Below the pieces are notes generated by a model. That model was not told the DNA's origin. It worked only from the letters and a program-made list of their open reading frames with translations, and searched no databases. The position numbers were made by a program, and so were the translations under genes. A DNA stretch of 54,681 nt from a virus. Its lineage: Duplodnaviria > Caudoviricetes. Shown here one piece after another: positions 28,432 through 38,433 of the stretch. Every line of letters begins with the position of its first letter. Within the stretch, counting starts at the first letter, position 1. The stretch spans positions 1 through 54,681 of IMG/VR virus record IMGVR_UViG_3300012890_000002. The stretch is one strand, 5' to 3'.

Positions 28432-29052
28432 ATGCTACTAGCAGATTTTCTCGGCTCTCAGGGCACCAACTGGGAGGCGCAGGGCAGTCCGGCCCCGCCC
28501 GGCGTGCCCCCTTCGCCAGTCGCCGCCCTCCCACCCTTGCCTCCACCCGCCACCGCCTGCGATTTCGCAGCCCTGACCTCCCTGCTGGGGTCGGAGGCGG
28601 CCACGGCGCTCAAGATCCAGCTAGGCGGCGCCGACGTCTCCAGCCTCGTGATCGGCGCGCTGACCGACCAGAAAAGCCAGCTCAGCAGCTACGCCGCGCA
28701 GATCGACGCCCAGATCGCGGCGGCCACCGCGCAGCTCACCGTGCTGGAAGAGGCCCAGGCCACGCTGGGAGACGCCCAGAGCACCCTCACCGGCCTGCAG
28801 GAGCTGACCGGGAGCGCCACGGCCGACCAGATCGCGGCGGCCTGCCCGGCGGCCGGGTATCTCCTCGGACTGGCGGGCGGTGCCCTCGGTACGGCCCAGA
28901 CGGGACTGACTGGCACGGCAGCCATGCTGACGGCTGCGCAGGAGAAGCTGACCAGCCTGCAGAGCGTGAAGACGCTCACCGACGGGCTGCTCTCCGAACT
29001 CGACGCCCGACTGGACGCGCTGCCGGACCTGCTGGCGGTGTTCCGTGCCTGA
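28432..29052 (+). CDS. Coiled-coil baseplate-region protein
   Basis: Heptad-rich Ala/Leu/Gln sequence within the operon. Confidence 0.65.
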   Translation: MLLADFLGSQGTNWEAQGSPAPPGVPPSPVAALPPLPPPATACDFAALTSLLGSEAATALKIQLGGADVSSLVIGALTDQKSQLSSYAAQIDAQIAAATAQLTVLEEAQATLGDAQSTLTGLQELTGSATADQIAAACPAAGYLLGLAGGALGTAQTGLTGTAAMLTAAQEKLTSLQSVKTLTDGLLSELDARLDALPDLLAVFRA

Positions 29053-29437
29053 CTTCGGAACAGACCTGACGCTGATTCCCACACTCGGCGGGCAGGTGTC
29101 GGGGCTGGCCCTGCTGGCCGAGTCGGTGGCCCGCCGCATCCGCACCCCGATCGGCGCGCTGTTCTACGACCTCAGCTTCGGCAGCAGCCTGCACGACTAC
29201 ATGGGCGAGGCGACCAACGACGGCGGCGCGGAACTGTGCGCGGTGCTGGGCGTCGAGATCGAGAACGACGAGCGGATTCTGGACGCCTCGGTGACGCCGC
29301 TCGAGGTCACGCTCAGGTCCATTCGCCTGCGGGCCGACCTCGACACCAGCACCGGACCCTTCTCGCTGGTGATCGAGGCTGTCGACGCCGGGCAGCAGTT
29401 CGAAGTGCAGGGGGTGACACCGTATGGTTTAGGTTAA
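29045..29437 (+). CDS. Baseplate wedge protein (gp25/W-like)
   Basis: RRIRTPIGALFY...FG...ENDERI motif. Confidence 0.8.
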   Translation: MPDFGTDLTLIPTLGGQVSGLALLAESVARRIRTPIGALFYDLSFGSSLHDYMGEATNDGGAELCAVLGVEIENDERILDASVTPLEVTLRSIRLRADLDTSTGPFSLVIEAVDAGQQFEVQGVTPYGLG

Positions 29438-29458
29438 AACACGTGCTATCATATAGAC

Positions 29459-30142
29459 ATGGGCGCCAATAGTATTTGTCGCAGCTGTAATGAAGAGAAG
29501 TCGATTGAAAGCTTCAGCCAACGCTCCAAAGATGGCGCTTTCAGAAAGGATTGCAAGGTCTGCGTGGCTAAACGGAAGGCGGCTGAGTACGACCTTAGAA
29601 AACAGAAGATTCATGGCCCAGGTTGGAAGAGGATAACTACATTCGTTGATGGTGGTAGGCGCTGCCAACGGTGCAAAGAAGTCAAGGCTTTTTCCGAATA
29701 CAGGGAGAATCCGAACAAAAAGGCTGGGATCATGACTTTTTGTCGCCCATGTGAGACCACAAGGTTCACTGAATTGCAAGAGAAACATAAATTGAATCCT
29801 GTTAAATTTAGACAGGATAAAAATGCCTGCACAGCAAAGTATTGGAAAAAGAATCCGGATGGGTACAAATTGAAATGCCTTGTCACCGCCCATCGAAGGC
29901 GCGGGCGTCATCTTGCCGCAGCTGGAAATTTTACACAGATGCATATTGAACAAAAGGCTCTGTTGCAGGACGGCAGATGCTATTACTGCGGCTCACTACT
30001 CGGCGAAAATAGGCATATAGACCATAAGATCCCGCTGGTGAGAGGTGGCACAAACTGGCCAGCCAATCTCTGCCTTGCCTGCCCGACCTGCAATCTACGG
30101 AAGAACGCTAAGACCCCTCAGGAATTCAGGGCTACTCTCTAG
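29459..30142 (+). CDS. HNH homing endonuclease (free-standing)
   Basis: CYYCG...HIDHKIPLVRGGTN...NL...CPTCNLRK; repeated CxxC N-terminal motifs; low GC; own TGcTATCAT -10 box 6 nt before ATG. Confidence 0.92.
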   Translation: MGANSICRSCNEEKSIESFSQRSKDGAFRKDCKVCVAKRKAAEYDLRKQKIHGPGWKRITTFVDGGRRCQRCKEVKAFSEYRENPNKKAGIMTFCRPCETTRFTELQEKHKLNPVKFRQDKNACTAKYWKKNPDGYKLKCLVTAHRRRGRHLAAAGNFTQMHIEQKALLQDGRCYYCGSLLGENRHIDHKIPLVRGGTNWPANLCLACPTCNLRKNAKTPQEFRATL

Positions 30143-30163
30143 CCCTAGAAATACAAATTGTTC

Positions 30164-30187
30164 AGCCGCTCCTTCGGGGGCGGTTTT
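30164..30187 (+). terminator. Intrinsic terminator-like hairpin after the HNH gene
   Basis: GCCGCTCC-TTCG-GGGGCGGT followed by TTT. Confidence 0.7.
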
Positions 30188-30222
30188 CCATTGGAGGTCA
30201 ATATGCCAAAACAGGCCCGATC

Positions 30223-31323
30223 ATGCCTCTAGCTGACCTGCTCAAACCGCGCACGCGCGCCCAGATCCTCTCGCGGATGCTCGGCGTCCTGAGCATCGAC
30301 TACCCCGGCCACTCGCTGACCAACTACACCCCCGGCGATCCGCAGCGCACGCTGCTGGAACTCCCGGCCGAGGGCATCGCCGACGCCGAGCGCCTGATCG
30401 CTGCCGTCGCCGCCGGGGGCTACCTCGACACGGCGTCTGGCGAGTGGCTGAGCGAGCTGGCCTACAGCCAGTACGGTCTGCTGCGCCAGGACTCGGTCAT
30501 CGCCCAGGGCTACCTGACCTTCACGGCCCTGCCCGGAAACGGCCCGTACGAACTGGAGGCGGGCGCGGTCTGGGCCAGCACCCCGTCCGGTGCGGTCCGC
30601 TTCGTGACGCTGGCCGGGGCGACGGTGCCGGTGGGCGGCACGGTGCAGGTGCTCGCACAGGCCGAGTCGCCGGGCAGCGTCTCCAACGTCACGGCGAACA
30701 GCCTGACCGTGCTCAACACCCCGCAGCCGGGCCTGAGCGTCACCAATGCGCCCGACTGGCTGGTGCTGGCCGGTGCGGACGCCGAGAGCGACCTCTCCCT
30801 GCGGCAACGCTGCCGCCTGCGGTGGGCTGAACGGGGTGGCGGGGCCACACGCGGTGCCTACGAGTTCTGGGCGCTCTCCAGTACCCCCAGCGTCGACAAG
30901 GTGGCGGTGCTCGACCAGCACCCGCGCGGGCAGGGCACGGTGGACGTGGTGCTCTGGGGCACAGGCGGCCTCGGCCCGGTGCCGGTGGCGCTGGCCGACG
31001 CTTACATCCAGGACCGGCGGCCAGTGACGGCCGACGTGCAGGTGTACGCGGCCACCCCCCGCGTGCTGGCCTTCAGCCTGCAGCTCTACGCGCCGGGGGC
31101 CGACCGCACCCGCATCGCGGGTGAGATCATCGCCAACCTCTCGGCGCTCCAGCAGGCCACCCCCATCGGCGGTTCGGTGTATCTGGCCGAAATCATCGAG
31201 GCGGCCATGTTGCCGGCTGGGATGCTCGACGTGGTGACCACCACCGCGCCCCAGTACCTGCACCTCGCTCCCACCGAGGCGCTGATTCTGCAACCGACGC
31301 TGACCTGGCGTGACTTCGCGTGA
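30223..31323 (+). CDS. Baseplate J-like wedge protein
   Basis: LDTASGEWL...A.G...GADAESD.SLR.R...Y.FWA...PRGQGTVDV motifs. Confidence 0.92.
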   Translation: MPLADLLKPRTRAQILSRMLGVLSIDYPGHSLTNYTPGDPQRTLLELPAEGIADAERLIAAVAAGGYLDTASGEWLSELAYSQYGLLRQDSVIAQGYLTFTALPGNGPYELEAGAVWASTPSGAVRFVTLAGATVPVGGTVQVLAQAESPGSVSNVTANSLTVLNTPQPGLSVTNAPDWLVLAGADAESDLSLRQRCRLRWAERGGGATRGAYEFWALSSTPSVDKVAVLDQHPRGQGTVDVVLWGTGGLGPVPVALADAYIQDRRPVTADVQVYAATPRVLAFSLQLYAPGADRTRIAGEIIANLSALQQATPIGGSVYLAEIIEAAMLPAGMLDVVTTTAPQYLHLAPTEALILQPTLTWRDFA

Positions 31324-32165
31324 GCTTCCTCGACTACCTGAAGCGCCTCGCCCGCATCAACCCCACCGACTACCAAGACGAGGTGACACAGGCGCACCTG
31401 ACGGCGCTGGCCGCGCCGCTCGACGATCTGGCCGACAGTGCGCGGGCGGCGATGCTGGCCCGGCTGGTGGTCACCGCTCCCGAAGACGCCCTGGAACTGG
31501 CCGGGCGAGAACGTGGCCTGCCCCGTTACCCTGGCGAGTACCTGACCGCGTACAGAAACAGACTGGTCAACGCCTGGGACTACTGGCGAGAGGCCGGCAC
31601 CCTGCCCGGCATGACGCACGCACTCGAGGCCCTGGGCTACACCAACGAGTACGGGCGGGTGATCGACGCCGGCAACACGGTGCAGTTCACCGCCCACGAC
31701 GACGGGAGCGGCAGCCTGCAGGTGACCGGCGTGCGCGACCCGGTCGGCCAGGGCCTGAGCGTCCTCTATGTGGACGGCGTGCGGTACGAGATCGAGACGT
31801 ACGAGGTGCCGCGCGACTGGACCTACTACGCGGCCTGGGCGGTGCGGATCGTCGAGCACTTCCACGAGGACCGCAGCATCTGGGCCGAGTTCAGCGTCTT
31901 TCTCACGGCCACCCGGCCCGAGTACACCACCGACGCCTGGGGTGACGGCAGCACCTGGGGCGACGACAGCAGCTGGAACCTCCCGCTCGGCGCCCACGAG
32001 GGGCAGCGAATCGTCGGCATCATCAACGAAATCAAGCCCGCCCACGCCAAGCTCCGAAAACTCTACTACGTGCCGTTCCCGAAGCCCGACCACTGGGGCG
32101 ACGGTTCGACCTGGGGCGACGGCAGCGTGTGGGGGCTCAACAACGCCATTCAGCTCTACCCGTGA
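31320..32165 (+). CDS. Baseplate I-like / tail formation protein
   Basis: L..AGRERGLPR..GE...YR.RL and EIKPAHA motifs; WGDGSTW repeats. Confidence 0.75.
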   Translation: MSFLDYLKRLARINPTDYQDEVTQAHLTALAAPLDDLADSARAAMLARLVVTAPEDALELAGRERGLPRYPGEYLTAYRNRLVNAWDYWREAGTLPGMTHALEALGYTNEYGRVIDAGNTVQFTAHDDGSGSLQVTGVRDPVGQGLSVLYVDGVRYEIETYEVPRDWTYYAAWAVRIVEHFHEDRSIWAEFSVFLTATRPEYTTDAWGDGSTWGDDSSWNLPLGAHEGQRIVGIINEIKPAHAKLRKLYYVPFPKPDHWGDGSTWGDGSVWGLNNAIQLYP

Positions 32166-32173
32166 GGTAACCG

Positions 32174-32770
32174 ATGTCGAAAGCACTGACCCCCCGCACC
32201 CTGACGCCCGGGAACGACGGCACCGTGCCGATCCAGGCCATCATTCCCGTCGACGGCGAGGCCCGCGACTCGTACAACTCGCTCGAAGTGCCGATTCAGG
32301 CGCTGATTGACGTGCTCGGCTTCCTGCAGGGCAAGGTCGCCACGCTCGGAGACGCCCAGGCCCTCCTGGCCAAGCTGAAGACGGTGGACGGTCAGGGCAG
32401 CCTGCTCGACGCCGACCTGCTGGACGGCAAGAGCAGCCTGGATCTCGTCAGCCCCGCCAACCTCGGCTTCGTCTCCGGCACTGGCCATGTACAACTCCCC
32501 AATGGGGAGATCTTCCAGTGGGGCCGGGTGGACTTCGGCGCTGGCAATTACGCCGCCGGGCAGTTCAACCGCCGCGCCTTCTCCTGGCCGATTCCATTCC
32601 CGAACGCGGTGGAGGTCATCACCCCGGGGCTGATTGGCGGCCTCGCTCCAGGGACATACAGCAGCATCAGCTGTGAGAGTCAGACGCTGACCGGCGCGCA
32701 GATGGTCGTGGTGTACGGTGCCAACGTCAGCCTGCAGCCGCTCACCACCTTCTTCGCGGTGGGCAAGTAA
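32174..32770 (+). CDS. Short tail fibre protein (gp53-like C-terminus)
   Basis: LDADLLDG motif; GHVQLPNGEIFQWG...FSWPIPFPNA. Confidence 0.75.
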   Translation: MSKALTPRTLTPGNDGTVPIQAIIPVDGEARDSYNSLEVPIQALIDVLGFLQGKVATLGDAQALLAKLKTVDGQGSLLDADLLDGKSSLDLVSPANLGFVSGTGHVQLPNGEIFQWGRVDFGAGNYAAGQFNRRAFSWPIPFPNAVEVITPGLIGGLAPGTYSSISCESQTLTGAQMVVVYGANVSLQPLTTFFAVGK

Positions 32771-34602
32771 TGCCCGGTGACACCATCGTGGTGCCGAAGC
32801 AGGTCAGTATCGAGTCGCTGGTGGCCGCACTCGAGCATGCCCGCACGGTGACGCTGGCAAGCACCGCCCGCAGTCAGGCCGACAGCCAGGAGCTGCAGGC
32901 GCAGGCCGAGGCGGCGCTGGCCCTGATCGACTCCGGGACTCCGCGTGCCCGCACACCGCTCCCACCGACCCTGCGGCTGTTCAACAGCCTGTCCTTCAAG
33001 GCCGGGAACGTGGACGGCCAGCAGGCCCTGAGCGTCGAGAGCGGCACCGCCCTGATCGACAGCGCGGGCCTGCTGATCGACTCGGACGTGAACACCGGCA
33101 AGGCGCGGGGCGTGGTGCTGGGCCACCTGTTCAGTGAGGGGGTGCTCCGCGCCCAGGTCGAGCACGCCACGCAGCGGCTGGTGCTGAACTGGGGCGTGCA
33201 GGACGCCCCTGGCTACGTCTACGCCGTCTGGGATGACGGCACGGTGATTCAGTGCGGCTGGTGGAAGGTGGCCGCCGACCTGACCATCAGCGACGTGCAG
33301 AGCCGGGTAAGCATCGCCATTCCGGCCGACAACTACACCGCCGAGGTGCTGGTGGGGCCGAGCGTGCAGGGCAGCGGCTTCGTGGTGCGCGTCTGGGGGA
33401 ATGGAGACGCGCGGCCGGACGCGCCGAGTGGGGCGGTCGGGTATGACGCCACGGCCCCGCTGCTGGCGGAGGGGCGGATCGGTCTCGCCAGCCTGAGCGG
33501 CCCGGTGCGGGTGCAGAGCCTGACGGTGGACGACACCCCGAGCGTGCTGCTCTCTAAAGTGGCCCCGATCGGCCGCTGGTTCACTCGGTTTGAGGCGGCC
33601 CGGCAGGTGCTGTGCACCACCACCAGCGGGGCGGAACTGCGCACGGTGGTCAGCGGTACGCCGGGTGTTGGTCTGGTGATCGCCATTCCGGCCGGGATGA
33701 GTTACCGCCCGATCGTGCCCGCGAGGTGGCGCGAGTTCGGCAAGGGCCTGCCCTGGGGCCCGTGGGTGCGCACGCAGGTTCCGGATGGTGGCGGGCCGGG
33801 GAGTCTGATCCGCATCGACCCGGTGACCGGACTGAACCCGAACCTGACCTACGAGGTGCAGCTCGGCTCGGCCATCTACGAGAACGACCAGCACTGGGCG
33901 TACGGCTCCGGCCTGTGCGTGGCCGAGCTGATCGTGGCGACCGGCGGCACGGCCGCGCCCTGGTATGATCCCTCCGCCCGCTGGGTCGAGGCCGACGGCG
34001 ACAGCATCACCGCCGGTGTGGCCATGCTGCCCTACCCCGCGAGCGGGCCACCCAGCCAGCCGAGCAATCTCCTCAGCGAACTGAACTACCTGCACGTCGC
34101 CTGTGATCTCCTGGGGGCTATTCCGGTCAACAACGGCTTCGGCGGCACTGGTGTCCTGGTCAGTGGCAGCGGTGGCGTTCCACTGGCGGCCCGCAATACC
34201 AGCGAGTACATGAACGGCCGGCCGAGGCGAGACCTGCGCCAGCCGGACGTGATCCTGATCAACCACCTGACCAACGACGCTGGCGCGGTCGGCCGCACCC
34301 CCTCGGTGATCATCACCTCACAGCAGGCACGGGCCGGGTACGCCGACCTGGTCCAGCAGCGACGGGCCGCCAACCCGAGCAGCGCCGTGGTCGCCATGCG
34401 GCCCTTCAACGGGGCGTTCTGGCCAGAGATCCAGGACGTGGCCCGCGCGCTGAGCGTCCCGACCATCGACACCACCGGCTGGCTGGCGCCCGTGCCCGCC
34501 GACTACACCGACGGCACCCACCCGACCCTCGCCGGACAGGCCAAGGCGGGGCAGCGACTCGCGTCCGCCCTGACCGAGATGTTCGGCGCCGGCTACTGGT
34601 AA
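32770..34602 (+). CDS. Tail spike/fibre with SGNH (GDSL) esterase domain
   Basis: GDSITAG block I; GFGG block II; HLTND block III; DGTHP block V. Confidence 0.8.
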   Translation: MPGDTIVVPKQVSIESLVAALEHARTVTLASTARSQADSQELQAQAEAALALIDSGTPRARTPLPPTLRLFNSLSFKAGNVDGQQALSVESGTALIDSAGLLIDSDVNTGKARGVVLGHLFSEGVLRAQVEHATQRLVLNWGVQDAPGYVYAVWDDGTVIQCGWWKVAADLTISDVQSRVSIAIPADNYTAEVLVGPSVQGSGFVVRVWGNGDARPDAPSGAVGYDATAPLLAEGRIGLASLSGPVRVQSLTVDDTPSVLLSKVAPIGRWFTRFEAARQVLCTTTSGAELRTVVSGTPGVGLVIAIPAGMSYRPIVPARWREFGKGLPWGPWVRTQVPDGGGPGSLIRIDPVTGLNPNLTYEVQLGSAIYENDQHWAYGSGLCVAELIVATGGTAAPWYDPSARWVEADGDSITAGVAMLPYPASGPPSQPSNLLSELNYLHVACDLLGAIPVNNGFGGTGVLVSGSGGVPLAARNTSEYMNGRPRRDLRQPDVILINHLTNDAGAVGRTPSVIITSQQARAGYADLVQQRRAANPSSAVVAMRPFNGAFWPEIQDVARALSVPTIDTTGWLAPVPADYTDGTHPTLAGQAKAGQRLASALTEMFGAGYW

Positions 34603-34622
34603 CCCCGAACAGACGCCGACTC

Positions 34623-34644
34623 ACCCCGCCATGTGCGGGGTTTT
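34623..34644 (+). terminator. Intrinsic terminator-like hairpin inside the late operon
   Basis: ACCCCGC-catgt-GCGGGGT followed by TTT. Confidence 0.6.
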
Positions 34645-34660
34645 CTCTTGGAGGTTCAGC

Positions 34661-35068
34661 ATGCCCACAACCCCACAGCCTCTCAGTTTTCAGTTCACCG
34701 GGCCCGGGTACGCGCCGGTCCTGATGTCTCCCCTCGACGGGATGGTCAACGAGTACCCCGCTGGGAGCGGCCCCCTGGATGGCTCGGCCGCCAACGCCCT
34801 CGGCATCCCCGACGGCGCGGGCTCGGTCCTGATCGAGAGCATGGGCGCCGAGATACGCTTCCGGGCTGGAAAGGTCACGACTGCCAGCCCCAACAAACCG
34901 ACCGCCGGTGCGCCCGGGGCCGTCGTGTCCGATGGCTCGGCAGGCGGCTGGCTCCCGATGAACGCCGCCCAGACCTACCGGCTCCTCGATCCGCAGGGGC
35001 AGGCGCTGTACACCCATCTGGCCCTGCTGAGCGCGGCCGGTGTGCGCCTGACCTGGTACGCGAAATGA
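34661..35068 (+). CDS. Small beta-rich virion protein
   Basis: GGAGG RBS; ATGA coupling to the next gene. Confidence 0.65.
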   Translation: MPTTPQPLSFQFTGPGYAPVLMSPLDGMVNEYPAGSGPLDGSAANALGIPDGAGSVLIESMGAEIRFRAGKVTTASPNKPTAGAPGAVVSDGSAGGWLPMNAAQTYRLLDPQGQALYTHLALLSAAGVRLTWYAK

Positions 35069-36480
35069 CCGGCGGCGGCTTTCAGAACCGGCCAGGCGGG
35101 GGCGGCGGTGCAGGTACGCCCGGCGCGCCCGGCTCGAAGTGGCGCACCGGCTCGGGCGTGCCGGCCAACAGCCTCGGTGTGGACACCGACCAGTACCTGA
35201 ACACCGCCACAGGCGACGTCTACACGCGCTCTTCGGGCACCTACAGCGTGACCGGAAACATCCGGGGCACGGCTGGCGCGGTCGGCCTGAACAACCGTGG
35301 GGCCTGGACCGCCGCTACCGCCTACGCGGTGAACGACGCCGTGACGGCCCAGGGCGGCTATTACCGGGCCGCAACAGCCTTCACCAGTGGTGCCAGCTTC
35401 ACCCCCGCCAACTGGACCGTCGTAACCCCACCGCCGGGACTCTGGCCGACCCCACTCACGGGCGGCACACCGAACCGACTGGTCAGCCTGAATGCCGACG
35501 GCGTCACCTGTTCCGACCTCCACCCGAGCTTCCTTGACGAACTCGGCTTCTCGCAGATCCTCTGGCTTGACCACTTGGGCCAATACTGGCAGTCCGGGTC
35601 AGTCATCAACACCGATCCGGCCGCACCTGCCCTGACCCCCCGTTACATCCGAGCTATGCAGGCACAGACAGCGCCGGGCACGATCAACTGGCGCGACCTC
35701 GACCCCCGGGCAGGCAAACCCGCCGACCTGACCGAGACGGCCAACCAGAACTACGTCGAGTTCGGGAAAATTCTGAATGCTTCTCAGTGGCGATATGTCG
35801 GTCCAGTGGTTGACGGCGCGGCCCTGAACCCCCAGGCCCGCTTCGACGGCCTGCTCGTCGCCAACTACCCCCGCAACGCCGCTGTGCCGACCGGCAGGTT
35901 CCGCATCGACCGCTTCGGCGCCGGCTTCCCGAGCAGCACGGTGTACACCGGCCCGGTCTCTTCGACGCTTCCCTATGGGGCTGGGTTGAGTTTCGCCGCG
36001 GACGGCAACACCGGCCGACGCTACGCCAGCGACGAGACGACCGGGAGCGTGGCCGACCTCCAGGAGCTGTACCTCCTGAAGACCGGAGGGCCGACAGCGA
36101 ACTACGGCGTGTTCCTCCGCATGACCGGCGCGGCCGGCAGTGAGACGGGCCTGATCGTCCTGGTAGACGAGGCGAACCACCTGCTCAAACTGCTCAAGGT
36201 GATTGCCGGAACCTACACCACTGTGGACAGCGTGGCCTCACCCGTCGCGCACGGCACCGCCTACTACTGGCGGTTCGAGGCGTTCGGCACCTGGCTGGCC
36301 GTGAAAATCTGGGATACCGGCAGCGCCGAGCCGACTGGCTGGACCTACAGCACCTACCAGAATCTGGTGCTCGGCGCGGGCTACAGCGGGGTGTACAGCA
36401 ACTACCCTTCGGTGGACGTGCTGCTTGAGAGCGTCGTGGTCAACCGTGGGGCGCAGGCGGCGCTGACCGGGGCGACCTGA
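35065..36480 (+). CDS. Fibre/receptor-binding protein with carbohydrate-binding-like modules
   Basis: W-TG-GVP...G.D.D.YLNT.TGDVY segment; GAWTAATAYAVNDAV CBM-like motif; beta-rich (lectin-like) C-terminus. Confidence 0.7.
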   Translation: MTGGGFQNRPGGGGGAGTPGAPGSKWRTGSGVPANSLGVDTDQYLNTATGDVYTRSSGTYSVTGNIRGTAGAVGLNNRGAWTAATAYAVNDAVTAQGGYYRAATAFTSGASFTPANWTVVTPPPGLWPTPLTGGTPNRLVSLNADGVTCSDLHPSFLDELGFSQILWLDHLGQYWQSGSVINTDPAAPALTPRYIRAMQAQTAPGTINWRDLDPRAGKPADLTETANQNYVEFGKILNASQWRYVGPVVDGAALNPQARFDGLLVANYPRNAAVPTGRFRIDRFGAGFPSSTVYTGPVSSTLPYGAGLSFAADGNTGRRYASDETTGSVADLQELYLLKTGGPTANYGVFLRMTGAAGSETGLIVLVDEANHLLKLLKVIAGTYTTVDSVASPVAHGTAYYWRFEAFGTWLAVKIWDTGSAEPTGWTYSTYQNLVLGAGYSGVYSNYPSVDVLLESVVVNRGAQAALTGAT

Positions 36481-36481
36481 G

Positions 36482-38089
36482 ATGGCGACCTCGCCTCGGT
36501 ACGCCACCCGGATCGGGCGGCAGCGCCTCTACGATTCTGCCGCCACGCAGGCCCTCAAACCGCAGGCGCCTGGCAGCCGGACCCTGATCCTGACCACCGC
36601 CCTGACCGACCCGACCGTTCGGGTGGACAGCGGGCTGCCGGGACGGGGCAGCGTCTCGCTCGCCACCTATAACAGTTTTGGCGGGCAGGCGCAATTCGCA
36701 CTGAGCAGCGACGGCGATTACGTGACGCTGACGTGGGGCGCCGTGGCTGGGGCGACCGAGTACGTGGTCGAGCGCAGTGACGGCCCAGGGCGGCAGTACG
36801 TTCCTGTTCACGCCCTGACCATTCCTTCGACCCAGCTGTCCTTTCTGGACGGGGAGGTCGAGGACGGCGCGAGCGTGACCTACAAGCTCTCGGCATTCAT
36901 TGCCGGGGTCCAGGTCTCACAGGGCAGCGTGCTCGCCTTCACCCAGCCGGCCCGCGCCTGGGGTGGGCAGCTCGTCATCACCACCGGCGGCAACCACACC
37001 GTCAATGCTCGCTACACCACAGGTGGGCAGCAGACCGGCGCGGTCGTCGTCAACACTACGGACCCGGTGACGCTGACCGGCCGCCTTGCCAGCGCCTCGC
37101 ATGGCATTCATGGCTTCGGCAGAAATGTCACGGTGCGCAACCTGCGGGCCTGGGCCATCCACCCCGGCGCGGCGGGCAACATCCCCGGCAAGTTGGTCAA
37201 CGCCGAGGATGCCATCCACCTTGATGTCCAGAACTGCTTCTCGCACGGGTTCCTGACCACCGAGTTCAAGAACTACCAGGGCAACCACACGGCCGCCAAC
37301 ACGTTCATCTTCAAGTACAACAAGACCCGCAACGTGCGCGGCATGAAGAGCGACGGGGCTGGGGGCTGGCAGGCCGGAACCGACCCGACCACCGACGACG
37401 GCAGCTTCTACCGGGGCCAGACCGCACTGTTCAACGGGGCCACCGGCATGGTGGGAGTAGACATCGGCTGGAACTGGACGCACAACGAACCCGGGCAGAG
37501 CCGCGTCGAGGACAACATCAACACCTTCAAGTCCTCAGGCACGGCGGGCAGCCCGATCCTGATTCACGACAACTACATCAACGGAGCCTTCCCGTACAAC
37601 GTGGCAGCGGGCACCTACTACACGGGCGGCGGCATCATCGCGGGCGACGTGAACAGCGGGTACGTGCAGATCCTGGGGAACATCGTGGTGGCAACGACCA
37701 ACTACGGGGTGGCGGTGGTCGGCGGAAACGACAACATCGCCCGGAACAACACGGTCGTTCGGAGCCCGTTCACCTGGAACGGCACGCGCATCGGCAAAGA
37801 CGGGAACGGGAACGTCGGCATCAGCTTTTACAACTACAACAACGCTTCGGCGGCCGTCTTCAAGAACAACCTGGTCGAGCTGAACACGGTCAACTGGCAG
37901 TACCGGGACGCCTCGAACGCGCTCACCACGTCGACCGCGTATACCCCGGCCACTGGACTGTCAGGCGCGAACAACGTCTATCAGACCACCACCGTCGCTC
38001 TGCCGGTGCTCTTCGCCGACGAATACGCCACCTTCAAGCTGTTCCGAGACAAGGCGGCGGCGGCCGGCATCGCCAAGATCGGCGCCTGA
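36482..38089 (+). CDS. FN3-like + right-handed beta-helix protein (putative depolymerase)
   Basis: VTLTWGAVAGATEYVVERS FN3 motif; Asn/Gly-rich parallel beta-helix repeats (IHDNYING, GGGIIAGD, NNTV). Confidence 0.75.
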   Translation: MATSPRYATRIGRQRLYDSAATQALKPQAPGSRTLILTTALTDPTVRVDSGLPGRGSVSLATYNSFGGQAQFALSSDGDYVTLTWGAVAGATEYVVERSDGPGRQYVPVHALTIPSTQLSFLDGEVEDGASVTYKLSAFIAGVQVSQGSVLAFTQPARAWGGQLVITTGGNHTVNARYTTGGQQTGAVVVNTTDPVTLTGRLASASHGIHGFGRNVTVRNLRAWAIHPGAAGNIPGKLVNAEDAIHLDVQNCFSHGFLTTEFKNYQGNHTAANTFIFKYNKTRNVRGMKSDGAGGWQAGTDPTTDDGSFYRGQTALFNGATGMVGVDIGWNWTHNEPGQSRVEDNINTFKSSGTAGSPILIHDNYINGAFPYNVAAGTYYTGGGIIAGDVNSGYVQILGNIVVATTNYGVAVVGGNDNIARNNTVVRSPFTWNGTRIGKDGNGNVGISFYNYNNASAAVFKNNLVELNTVNWQYRDASNALTTSTAYTPATGLSGANNVYQTTTVALPVLFADEYATFKLFRDKAAAAGIAKIGA

Positions 38090-38103
38090 CTCCTGGAGAC
38101 ACC

Positions 38104-38433
38104 ATGAAATACGTTCTGCTGCTGGCCCTGCTGTCCGGGGCCGCGTCTGCTTCCCTCTCGCCTCCAGCGCCGACGCTTTGCCGGGTGACCGTGACCGCCA
38201 CCCCCGGGAACCTGCTCGACAAGCGCCTCACCATCCGCCAGCGCCCCGGCTGCCAGGGGATCGCCTACATCCGTTACGCCTCGCTGCTGGGCGGCTCCCT
38301 GCCCGACAACCCGCCCGGCCGTGAGGAACTGTTCCCGAACCGGGCGTTGATCCGTGAGACGCCGAGCTGGTGGTGGGTGGAGTGGCAGGACCGCTCCGGT
38401 CGCTGGTGGCGCGTGCCCGAGGGGGTGGGATGA
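38104..38433 (+). CDS. Secreted small protein
   Basis: Signal peptide MKYVLLLALLSGAASA; GGAG RBS. Confidence 0.65.
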   Translation: MKYVLLLALLSGAASASLSPPAPTLCRVTVTATPGNLLDKRLTIRQRPGCQGIAYIRYASLLGGSLPDNPPGREELFPNRALIRETPSWWWVEWQDRSGRWWRVPEGVG

